A DNA stretch of 64,000 nucleotides from an uncultured Flavobacteriales bacterium (GTDB lineage Bacteria; Bacteroidota; Bacteroidia; Flavobacteriales; BACL11), in NCBI GenBank assembly GCA_905478555.1, contig CAJQIZ010000011.1, positions 6,279 through 70,278 of the forward strand, in the 5' to 3' direction. Below, one piece after another: positions 8,922 through 17,858 of the stretch; positions within the stretch are counted from its first letter, which is position 1; each line of letters begins with the position of its first letter. The position numbers and the translations under genes were made by a program. The notes under the pieces were generated by a model. The model worked only from the letters and a program-made list of their open reading frames with translations. It was not told the origin of the DNA and did no database searches.

Positions 8922-10454
8922 TTACAAATCAAACTTAATACCCTGTGCTAAAGGCAACTCAGCAGTATAGTTAATAGTGTTAGTTTGTCTTCTCATGTAA
9001 ATTTTCCAAGCGTCAGAACCACTTTCTCTTCCTCCACCGGTTTCTTTTTCACCACCAAAAGCACCACCAATTTCTGCACCACTTGTACCAATATTTACAT
9101 TTGAAATACCACAATCACTTCCTGCAACAGATAAGAATTTTTCTGCCTCACGTAAGTTGGTTGTCATAATTGCAGAAGATAAACCTTGTTTTACTCCGTT
9201 TTGCATTTCAATAGCCTCTTCCAGTTCAGTATATTTCATAATGTATAAGATAGGAGCAAATGTTTCATCTTGTACAATTTGATAATGATTTTCCGCTTCA
9301 ATAATTACTGGTTTTACATAACAACCACTTTCATAACCCTTTCCTTCTAATACTCCACCTTCCACTAAAACATTACCACCTTCTTGTTTCGCTTTTTCAA
9401 TAGCAGATAAGTACATGTTTACCGCATCTTTATCAATTAACGGACCAACATGGTTGTTCTCATCTAAAGGATTACCAATACTTAATTGTGTATACGCTTT
9501 TGTTAATTTATTTTTCACCTCATCATAAACTGATTCGTGAATAATTAGTCTTCTTGTAGTTGTACATCTTTGTCCGCAAGTACCAACCGCACCAAATAAC
9601 GCACCAATAATTGTAATTTCTAAATCTGCATTTGGAGTAATGATAATTGCATTGTTTCCACCTAACTCTAATAAAGATGTTCCGAATCTTTTAGCTACTT
9701 CACTACCAACTATTCTTCCCATTCTTGTTGATCCTGTAGCAGAAATTAAAGGCATTCTATCATCTAAAGTCATCATTTCACCTACTTTGTAATCACCATT
9801 TATGATACAAGAAATTCCTTCTGGTAAATTATTTTCTTTAGCTACTTCATTCCAAATATTTTGACAAGCAATAGAACATAATGGAGATTTTTCAGATGCT
9901 TTCCAAACACAAGTGTCCCCTGAAATCCACGCTAAAGCAGTGTTCCAATTCCAAACCGCAACTGGGAAGTTAAATGCAGATATAATTCCAACAACTCCTA
10001 ATGGATGGTATTGTTCGTACATTCTATGTCCAGGTCGTTCAGAGTGCATAGTTAAACCATGTAACTGACGAGATAATCCAACTGCAAAATCACATATATC
10101 AATCATTTCTTGTACCTCACCATAACCTTCTTGTAAAGATTTACCCATCTCGTAAGAAACTAACTCCCCTAAAGATTGTTTGTATTCTCTTAATTTCTCT
10201 CCATACTGACGAACTATTTCACCTCTAAGTGGAGCTGGTTTTAATCTCCACTCTTTAAATGCTGCCGTTGCAGTTTGCATTACTTTTTCATATTCCTCAG
10301 CAGTTGTTTGAGTAACAGAACCAATTAAAGATCCATCTACAGGAGAATAAGAGTCTATTTTATTTCCTCCACCAAAAGATTCAAAACCCGTTGAAGTTCC
10401 GTTATTCATTTGTTTTACACCTAATACTTCAAGTGATTTTTTAATATCTATCAT
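8922..10454 (-). CDS. NAD(P)-dependent aldehyde dehydrogenase (ALDH7/aminoadipate-semialdehyde dehydrogenase-like)
   Basis: 510 aa. ALDH catalytic motifs LELGGNNA and CGQRCTT. The ALDH7 subtype is my recollection of overall similarity and is not verified. Confidence 0.8.
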   Translation of the reverse strand: MIDIKKSLEVLGVKQMNNGTSTGFESFGGGNKIDSYSPVDGSLIGSVTQTTAEEYEKVMQTATAAFKEWRLKPAPLRGEIVRQYGEKLREYKQSLGELVSYEMGKSLQEGYGEVQEMIDICDFAVGLSRQLHGLTMHSERPGHRMYEQYHPLGVVGIISAFNFPVAVWNWNTALAWISGDTCVWKASEKSPLCSIACQNIWNEVAKENNLPEGISCIINGDYKVGEMMTLDDRMPLISATGSTRMGRIVGSEVAKRFGTSLLELGGNNAIIITPNADLEITIIGALFGAVGTCGQRCTTTRRLIIHESVYDEVKNKLTKAYTQLSIGNPLDENNHVGPLIDKDAVNMYLSAIEKAKQEGGNVLVEGGVLEGKGYESGCYVKPVIIEAENHYQIVQDETFAPILYIMKYTELEEAIEMQNGVKQGLSSAIMTTNLREAEKFLSVAGSDCGISNVNIGTSGAEIGGAFGGEKETGGGRESGSDAWKIYMRRQTNTINYTAELPLAQGIKFDL

Positions 10455-10483
10455 TATGATTTGTTTTTATAATTTTGAGATTG

Positions 10484-10491
10484 CAAAAATA
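10484..10491 (-). promoter_or_regulatory. -7 box TATTTTTG (minus strand), 29 nt upstream of the ALDH ATG
   Basis: Reverse complement of caaaaata matches TAnnTTTG. Confidence 0.4.
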
Positions 10492-10761
10492 GGAAAAAAG
10501 ATGAGTTATATTTTATTACAACTATTCTTATTTATTTTTTAGTAAATAATTTCATGTCCTCTATGATGTATTCTAAAATAAGTCAACATCTATTTTTACT
10601 ATTATGATTTGATCTGTTAAATGACCTTTCTTTTCGAAACTCATTATAACCTTCAATTATAAACCTCTCTAATGACTTATAATATCGTTCCTGCCTTACG
10701 TCCTAATTTTGAACTTTTTTGGAAAATTATTAATTCATCTTTAGTTTTTTTAATAATGCAC

Positions 10762-11559
10762 TTAGATTAATTTCTGATATTTAGGGCAAAACCAAGTTTT
10801 GCGAGAGTCAGAGGTTTTTTTAGATGTTACTATATTATTTTTATCAGTATATTTCTTGCCGTAAATTTGTAATTTAAATTTTGATGGATTAAATGGATTT
10901 TTAAAATCTTTAAGCTCTGCTCCTCCTGATTTATAACTTTCATTCATTACTCTTTGTATAATTTTTATCAATTCTACTTTTACACCTTCTTTAAGATTAC
11001 CCCATTTTTCTTCTGGGTGTATGTTAGATGCGTAGAGGCTTTCTGATTTAATATAGTTTCCAACTCCAGGAAAATACTTTTGATCCATTATTATTGAGCA
11101 AATAGATTTTTGTGATTTAATTTTTGTTTCTAAATAATTTAAATGAATTTTTAAATTATATGATTTATTAAGAAGATCATATTTAGGATTATGTTTTTCT
11201 TTAAATTCAGATTGAGTTATTATCTTCATGTTTCCAAACTTCCTTACATCTCTAAAGAATATTTCTTTGTTGCAATCAAAAACACGAAAATGACAATGTT
11301 TTACTAATTCATTTGACCAACCCCCGGTCATTCCTAAATGGAAGTTAAATATTTGATTATTTTCTAAATCTAAAAATATATTTTTACCAATAGTATAGGT
11401 CGATTTAACAATTTTTAAATTATTACTAATTGTATTGAATACATCAGAATATTTATCATGATAATATTCAGAAATAATTTCAAATTTTATCTGTTTACTT
11501 GTCGAAAATAATTTGTTAAAATAATCCGAAGCTATTTTCACTTCTGGTCCTTCTGGCAT
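10762..11559 (-). CDS. Fpg/Nei-family DNA glycosylase/AP lyase (zinc-less finger variant)
   Basis: N-terminal MPEGPEV catalytic motif and an H2TH segment (PGVGNYIKSESLYASNIHP). The C-terminal region has only one of the four usual zinc-finger cysteines. Confidence 0.8.
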   Translation of the reverse strand: MPEGPEVKIASDYFNKLFSTSKQIKFEIISEYYHDKYSDVFNTISNNLKIVKSTYTIGKNIFLDLENNQIFNFHLGMTGGWSNELVKHCHFRVFDCNKEIFFRDVRKFGNMKIITQSEFKEKHNPKYDLLNKSYNLKIHLNYLETKIKSQKSICSIIMDQKYFPGVGNYIKSESLYASNIHPEEKWGNLKEGVKVELIKIIQRVMNESYKSGGAELKDFKNPFNPSKFKLQIYGKKYTDKNNIVTSKKTSDSRKTWFCPKYQKLI

Positions 11560-11650
11560 AGGTTTTTATATTGTAGTATTATTTTTCTCATCCGAAAAAC
11601 GTACTTAATTTTCTCAAAAAAATATAAGTTTTAGAACATATTTTTGTAAA

Positions 11651-12946
11651 CTATAATACTTTAGAATCCTCTTTTTTAAAAGGTTCTTCCATACCCTCCT
11701 CTACTTTCAATACTTCAAAATCTTCTTCTTCCTGTATCTCTAATTTTCTTTTTTCCTTTATCATGGACCAAGTCATTACTAAACAAGAAATAAGTATTAC
11801 ATAAAGCAATATTCCATCTACAGTATTAGATATTTCTTCAACTAATAACTCTTTAGGAATAGCGTAAAACAATAAAATAGTAATCAACCCTCTTGGTGCT
11901 AGAAATAATTCAGGAGTTATATTTTTCAACTTAAAAGTTCCGTTAAAAATAAACAATACTAAAGCTCTCACTATATATATAATAGATAAAATACCTATAG
12001 CAAATAAGAAAGATTTAATATCTGTTAATTTGTTAAAACTAATAGACCAACCGAATAAAATAAAGAAAAAAGTTCTTACTACAAAAGCAGATTCTACTGT
12101 TACTAACTTAAAATCATCTAGTATATGTTCTATTTTTTCTTCTATTATAAAATCCTTTAAAAATCCTCTAAAAAACAACTTATAATTATTTAAAATTAAT
12201 CCAAAAATAAGAATAATTATTAATGAAGAAAGATGCATCATTTTACCCAAAGCGTATAGAACCAATAATACCGAAATAAGTAAAAACAACTTAGCGTGAC
12301 TTTTTAAGTTCTGGAAAATATAAATTAAAACATAAGAAACAACTACAGAAAAAACAATTGTTCCCATTAAATTAGAGAGAATAAACCCATAAACTTCACT
12401 TGTTTCTGAAGTTGTTTGATTCATGGATAAAATAGCGTAAAACAAAATAATACCTACAATATCAGAGAAGGTGCTTTCGTAAATCATAAACTCTTTTTTT
12501 TCCTCTTCTAGTTCATCAATAGAGGGTAGAATAATAGCGGAACTTAAAATAGAAAGAGGAATAGTAATCAATAAAGCTTGTGTGGTTTCAAAATCAGAAA
12601 TAAAGAAACTTAAAAATAATGCAGATATAGAAGAAGTAAAACCTAAGCCAACAATACTTATAACTAATGACTTTATAATAACTCCAATTTTTTCTTTTAA
12701 GAGTTTTAAATCTAAAGCAGCCTCTAACACAATAAGTATTAAACCAACTGTACCTAAAAGTTTTAATACAAAATCAAACCTTGTGTTCCACCCTCCAGAA
12801 ATATAACCAACTACTACCCCTAAAGTAATTAACATTAAAACAGCTGGTATTCCAGATTTTTTAGAGTATGAATTAAAGAAATAGGAGATTATTACTGTAC
12901 TAGCAAATATTAATATATAATGATATGTAGTCAACTCTCCTATCAA
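11651..12946 (-). CDS. cation:proton antiporter (Na+/H+ exchanger family)
   Basis: 431 aa, polytopic membrane protein with about 11-12 hydrophobic segments and an acidic cytoplasmic tail. Family call rests on overall resemblance only. Confidence 0.65.
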   Translation of the reverse strand: MIGELTTYHYILIFASTVIISYFFNSYSKKSGIPAVLMLITLGVVVGYISGGWNTRFDFVLKLLGTVGLILIVLEAALDLKLLKEKIGVIIKSLVISIVGLGFTSSISALFLSFFISDFETTQALLITIPLSILSSAIILPSIDELEEEKKEFMIYESTFSDIVGIILFYAILSMNQTTSETSEVYGFILSNLMGTIVFSVVVSYVLIYIFQNLKSHAKLFLLISVLLVLYALGKMMHLSSLIIILIFGLILNNYKLFFRGFLKDFIIEEKIEHILDDFKLVTVESAFVVRTFFFILFGWSISFNKLTDIKSFLFAIGILSIIYIVRALVLFIFNGTFKLKNITPELFLAPRGLITILLFYAIPKELLVEEISNTVDGILLYVILISCLVMTWSMIKEKRKLEIQEEEDFEVLKVEEGMEEPFKKEDSKVL

Positions 12947-12947
12947 A

Positions 12948-14261
12948 TTAAAAGAGTTTTACTATATCGTTTCCATTAGCAAATACTAATAAAGATAAAA
13001 GTAAAATCATGCCTACCACTTGAGCATATTCCATTACTTTTTCTGGAGCTGGTTTACCTACAACTATTTCATAAATTAAGAAAACAACATGGCCACCATC
13101 TAATGCAGGAATTGGTAATAAATTCATAAAAGCAAGCATAAGTGATAAGAAAGCAGTAAGATTCCAGAATTGTTGCCAATCCCAAGTAGAAGGAAACATA
13201 CTTCCTATCGCTCCAAAACCACCCATTTCTCCAGCTAACTCATTATCAGAATTAAAAATTAACGCAAACTGACTAATATATTCCCCTAGTTTTTTCATTG
13301 CTAAATTATAACCAGCAGGGAAAGAAGCGAGTAGTGTAAACTCTTCTTTAGAAACATTTAAATTATTTGCAATTTGAAAACCAATAGTTCCATTTTCAGA
13401 AACCATTACAGGGATAGTTTTTAAGTCTAACCCTCTAATAACCCCTAGGTTTACAGTATTGTTTTTATTTACAACTAATTGATGTTTAAAATCATCAAAA
13501 AACATTGTTTCAACTCCGTTTACTTCAACTAAAACATCTCCACTTAATAATCCTGATTTTTCAGATTCCGAATCCTTAATAACAGATTCTACCTCTACAC
13601 TTGTTCTAGGGCTAAAAAGAAGTTTTTTCCCACTATTTTTCCAATGTTTTATAAAGTTATCTCCTATAGCAATATTAATTACCTCCCCTGTTCTTTCTAC
13701 CTCCACATTAAAAGATTCGTCTCTTAACACCATATCAGTACTAATACTTAAAAACCTATCTACTTTATTTCCATCAATTGAAATTATTTTATCTCCATTC
13801 TGAAAACCCAAATCTAATGCAAAATCACTACAAATAACACCATTTTCAACATTTTCATTAGGTAAATAAGTATCTCCCCAAGTGAATAAAACCATAGAGT
13901 AAATAAAAATACCTAAAAGTAAATTTACAGTAACCCCACCTAGCATAATAATTAATCGTTGCCAAGCTGGTTTTGCTCTAAACTCCCAATCTTCTGCAGG
14001 TTTATTCATTTGGTCTTTATCCATCGACTCATCTATCATACCAGATATCTTTACATAACCACCCAAAGGAAGCCATCCAATTCCGTATTCCGTATTTCCT
14101 ATTTTCTTTTTTACTAAAGAAAACCATGGATCAAAAAACAGGTAGAATTTCTCTACTCTTGTTTTAAAAAATTTTGCTGGTATAAAATGTCCTAGTTCGT
14201 GTAAAACAACTAAAATTGATAAACTTAAAATTAATTGTACTGCTTTAATGAGTATTTCCAT
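12948..14261 (-). CDS. rseP: RIP (site-2) zinc metalloprotease RseP
   Basis: HELGH zinc motif at the N-terminus, a central PDZ region, and a C-terminal NLLPIPALDGGH motif. Immediately downstream of dxr, as in many bacteria. Confidence 0.88.
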   Translation of the reverse strand: MEILIKAVQLILSLSILVVLHELGHFIPAKFFKTRVEKFYLFFDPWFSLVKKKIGNTEYGIGWLPLGGYVKISGMIDESMDKDQMNKPAEDWEFRAKPAWQRLIIMLGGVTVNLLLGIFIYSMVLFTWGDTYLPNENVENGVICSDFALDLGFQNGDKIISIDGNKVDRFLSISTDMVLRDESFNVEVERTGEVINIAIGDNFIKHWKNSGKKLLFSPRTSVEVESVIKDSESEKSGLLSGDVLVEVNGVETMFFDDFKHQLVVNKNNTVNLGVIRGLDLKTIPVMVSENGTIGFQIANNLNVSKEEFTLLASFPAGYNLAMKKLGEYISQFALIFNSDNELAGEMGGFGAIGSMFPSTWDWQQFWNLTAFLSLMLAFMNLLPIPALDGGHVVFLIYEIVVGKPAPEKVMEYAQVVGMILLLSLLVFANGNDIVKLF

Positions 14262-15419
14262 TTATAATAATTCGTTTGCTAAAATTCTTGTTTCTCGGTC
14301 TGTATTTACATAATCCTCTATTGTAGGATTTTTTACAAAAGTAATCTTTTCCATGCAATTTTCTATCACATCCGACATAGATAAAAACCCAATACGATTA
14401 TTTAAAAATGCATCTACAACAATTTCATTTGCCGCATTTAAAACACAAGGAGAATTACCTCCCTTATCCATTGCGTTAAATGCTAATTGTAAATTTCTAA
14501 ATGTTTCCTTATCTGGTTTTTCAAAAGTAAGTTCAGGATAATCAAAAAAACTAAATCGTTTAAAATTATTTTCTAATCTTTCTGGAAAACCTAATGCATA
14601 TTGAATAGGAAGTTTCATGTCCGGAACACCTATTTGAGCCATTACCGATCCGTCTGTATATTGTACTGCAGAATGTATAATAGATTGTGGGTGAACCACC
14701 ACTTCAATTTGATCTACTTTTAAATCAAACAACCACTTTGCTTCAATTACTTCTAATCCTTTATTCATCATAGAAGCGGAATCAATAGTGATTTTTGCTC
14801 CCATTTCCCAATTCGGATGTTTTAAAGCTTGTTCTCTAGTGATATTTAAAAGTTCATTTCTTTTTCTCCCTCTAAACGGTCCTCCGGAAGCTGTTAAATA
14901 TATTTTTTCAATTGGATTGAAGTTCTCTCCTACCAAACATTGAAAAATTGCTGAATGTTCTGAATCAACAGGATATATCTGAACTCCATATTGCTGACAA
15001 AGTTTAGTGATTAAGTCTCCTGCGACCACTAAAGTTTCTTTGTTGGCTAACGCTATGTTTTTGCCTGATTTTATTGCTCTAATAGTAGGTTTTAATCCAG
15101 AATACCCCATCAATGCTGTAAGTACAATATCTATATTTTCGTTTTCCACCACCTCCTCCAACGATTGTTGTCCAGCATAAACCTTTATTCCTAAATCAAA
15201 CAAAGACTCATTTACTTCTTTATACTTTTCCTGATTTGTAATAACAACAATATTTGGTTTGTATTTTATAGCTTGTTGTATTAAAAGATTTGAATTATTG
15301 TTTGCAGTTAAAACCTCCACAACAAATCTTTCAGGATGTGCATCTACAACATCTAAAGCTTGTGTTCCAATAGATCCTGTTGAACCTAATATAGCTATAT
15401 GTTTCTTTTTTATTCCCAC
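14262..15419 (-). CDS. dxr: 1-deoxy-D-xylulose 5-phosphate reductoisomerase
   Basis: ILGSTGSIGTQALDV, LANKETLV, DSEHSAIFQC and NKGLEVIEA motifs. The GTG start overlaps the upstream stop as TAGTG. Confidence 0.95.
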   Translation of the reverse strand: MGIKKKHIAILGSTGSIGTQALDVVDAHPERFVVEVLTANNNSNLLIQQAIKYKPNIVVITNQEKYKEVNESLFDLGIKVYAGQQSLEEVVENENIDIVLTALMGYSGLKPTIRAIKSGKNIALANKETLVVAGDLITKLCQQYGVQIYPVDSEHSAIFQCLVGENFNPIEKIYLTASGGPFRGRKRNELLNITREQALKHPNWEMGAKITIDSASMMNKGLEVIEAKWLFDLKVDQIEVVVHPQSIIHSAVQYTDGSVMAQIGVPDMKLPIQYALGFPERLENNFKRFSFFDYPELTFEKPDKETFRNLQLAFNAMDKGGNSPCVLNAANEIVVDAFLNNRIGFLSMSDVIENCMEKITFVKNPTIEDYVNTDRETRILANELL

Positions 15420-16912
15420 TACTCTTTAAATTTTAATAATTTATTTCCAATTTTTCTATCATTAGATAGTCTAGGTACTTTATTTTGCCCACCAAGTTTT
15501 CCTATTGATTTCATATAATTTCTAAAAGAATCCTTTTTAAGAGGGGTAATTAGTAATTTAGTTAATATGTTACCTGAAATTAAATCTTTGTAATAAGAAT
15601 TTATTTCTTGTAAATTATCATCTAACAATAATGTAAATTCATTTAAATTACTTGGTTTTCTATTAAACTCTATAAACCACTCATGAAAAGGAAGTCCACT
15701 TTCTGGATTAACTTGAGGAGCAACATGGAATTCATTTACAGTTGCGGGGATTTTTTCAATAGTTCTCTTCAAACTTTTCTCTACCTCATTCGATATTACA
15801 TGTTCTCCAAATGCAGATGTGAAATGTTTTATCCGTCCAGTTACCACTATTCTATAAGGATTAATACTTACAAATTTAACAGTATCCCCAATATTATAAG
15901 CCCAAAGTCCAGCATTAGTATTTAAAATTATAACATAATTAACTCCTATTTTCACATCCTCTATAGATATCCTTGTTGAGTTTTTATCAAAAAACTCAGA
16001 AGCAGGAATGAATTCATAAAATATTCCATGATTAACACAAAGTAACATCCCCTCCCTTTCTTGAGAGTCTTGATAAGCAATAAAACCTTCAGAAGAGGGG
16101 TACAACTCCACTCCATCCACTTTTTTCCCAATTAACTTCTCAAAAGTTTGTTTATAGGGATCAAAGTTTACACCACCATAAATAAATAAATCAAAATTAG
16201 TAAAAACATCTTTTATCTTCTTTCCAGTTTTTTTCTGAAGCTTCTCAAAATACATCTGTACCCATGGTGGTATTCCTGAGATAAGACTCATTTTTTCATT
16301 TATTGTTTCTTCAATAATCTCATCCACTTTTTGCTCCCAATCTTCTATACAATTTGTTTGAAAAGAAGGTAATCTGTTTTTTGTTAAATAAACAGGTACA
16401 TGATGAGCTACAATTCCTGAAAGTCTTCCTGTTAAAATGCCATTTGTTTTACTTAAAGTGGGACTTCCTTGTAAGAATATCATTTTACCATTTACTATTG
16501 AAGTATTTTTTGTTTTGGAAATATAAGATAGAATAGCGTCCCTTGCAGCTGTTATGTGGTTGGGCATACTTTCTTTACTTATAGGAATGTATTTTGCACC
16601 AGAGGTTGTTCCAGAAGTTTTACAAAGATATATAGGTCTTCCCCTCCATAGAATATTTTCTTCCCCACTTTTGATTCTTTCTATATAAGTAGATAAATCT
16701 TCATAATTTCTAACAGGAACATTTTTTTTAAAATCAGAGTAACTTTTAATTTTAGAGAAATTATGATCCTCTCCAAATCTTGTTCTTTCAGCAGACTTGA
16801 TTAGTTTTTCAAAGATTTTTTTTTGAGTATTTACCGCATTATACTTCCACTTCTTATTTTTAAGATTTATGTAATTAGCAAAAGGTAGACTTAAAAAAGA
16901 TTTTACACTCAT
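15419..16912 (-). CDS. GH3 (auxin-responsive promoter) family adenylate-forming protein
   Basis: 497 aa. TSGTTSGAKYIP AMP-binding-like motif and overall GH3-family architecture as recalled from Flavobacteriia annotations. Confidence 0.7.
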   Translation of the reverse strand: MSVKSFLSLPFANYINLKNKKWKYNAVNTQKKIFEKLIKSAERTRFGEDHNFSKIKSYSDFKKNVPVRNYEDLSTYIERIKSGEENILWRGRPIYLCKTSGTTSGAKYIPISKESMPNHITAARDAILSYISKTKNTSIVNGKMIFLQGSPTLSKTNGILTGRLSGIVAHHVPVYLTKNRLPSFQTNCIEDWEQKVDEIIEETINEKMSLISGIPPWVQMYFEKLQKKTGKKIKDVFTNFDLFIYGGVNFDPYKQTFEKLIGKKVDGVELYPSSEGFIAYQDSQEREGMLLCVNHGIFYEFIPASEFFDKNSTRISIEDVKIGVNYVIILNTNAGLWAYNIGDTVKFVSINPYRIVVTGRIKHFTSAFGEHVISNEVEKSLKRTIEKIPATVNEFHVAPQVNPESGLPFHEWFIEFNRKPSNLNEFTLLLDDNLQEINSYYKDLISGNILTKLLITPLKKDSFRNYMKSIGKLGGQNKVPRLSNDRKIGNKLLKFKE

Positions 16913-16913
16913 C

Positions 16914-17762
16914 TTAAAAAGATATATAATTTTCAGGGTCTACACTCTTCCCGTTTTTCCAAAGCTCAAAATGTAAATGAGGTCCTGTCGATAACTCTCC
17001 AGAGTTTCCTATTATTGCAATAGGATCTCCAGTTTTCACTAAATCCCCTACTTCTTTTAGTAAACTTGAATTGTGTTTATATAGAGATAGAAAACCTTCT
17101 GAATGTTGCACAGCAATCACATAGCCAGTTTCTTTTGTCCAATTACTTAAAACAACAATCCCTTCACAAGTAGAGTGTATAAACTCTCCTTTATTACTGA
17201 TAATATCTACTCCAAAGTGATTTTTTAACCTATCATACTTCTCAGTAAAATCACCACTTAACGGACTATAGAAATAGATGCTACCATTTGGTTTTACAGA
17301 GATATAGTCTCCATTAGTTTTTCTCTCTACCATTAATCTAAATACAGAGTCTTCCTCCGAAATATTTAAATCAGAATTTTTATTTTTGTTTTCGGAAGTA
17401 GTTGTTATTGAAATTTCATTAGTAGGAACTCCTCCATTTAGTATTGTTCTTAAGTTATTTACATATAAATCCTTTTCTTCTAATAAAACAACTAACGAAT
17501 CTAATTTTGTAGATATTTTTATAAGTTCTTTTTTTGTTTCAGTTGATGTCTTGCCAGGAACATATTCTTTTAATGGTGTAAAGGAAAATAGTAAAAATGT
17601 AGAAATAATAAGTAAAAAACTAACCAACATAGTGATGGATAAAATTAATAGAGGTGTTATTTTAACTGCAATCCTCTCTTGAAAAGTACCATCATTCAGA
17701 ATAACTAAACGATATTTGTTTTTTAATTTTTTTAAAAATTGATATTTTATATTATCTCTCAT
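16914..17762 (-). CDS. M23 (LytM) family metallopeptidase, membrane-anchored
   Basis: N-terminal TM segment. C-terminal HFGVD...GNSGELSTGPHLHFELW LytM motifs. The track start (17774) is a TTG, so I prefer the ATG at 17762 (MRDNIKYQ). Confidence 0.75.
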   Translation of the reverse strand: MRDNIKYQFLKKLKNKYRLVILNDGTFQERIAVKITPLLILSITMLVSFLLIISTFLLFSFTPLKEYVPGKTSTETKKELIKISTKLDSLVVLLEEKDLYVNNLRTILNGGVPTNEISITTTSENKNKNSDLNISEEDSVFRLMVERKTNGDYISVKPNGSIYFYSPLSGDFTEKYDRLKNHFGVDIISNKGEFIHSTCEGIVVLSNWTKETGYVIAVQHSEGFLSLYKHNSSLLKEVGDLVKTGDPIAIIGNSGELSTGPHLHFELWKNGKSVDPENYISF

Positions 17763-17858
17763 AAATCCCTGCAAATATCATAAAAATATACTCATATTTG
17801 CTGTATTATTTAAATCGAAATAAAATAAATTGAAAGAAATTCAGTTTGTTTACCGAAA

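Noticed and set aside
10455-10761. 307-bp spacer between the ALDH and Fpg/Nei genes, examined for a pseudogene or structured RNA
   Set aside because: The only feature is a 33-codon stop-bounded frame without an ATG (DVRQERYYKSLERFIIEGYNEFRKERSF...). There are no convincing stems or conserved RNA motifs, so the region is probably just promoter and spacer.
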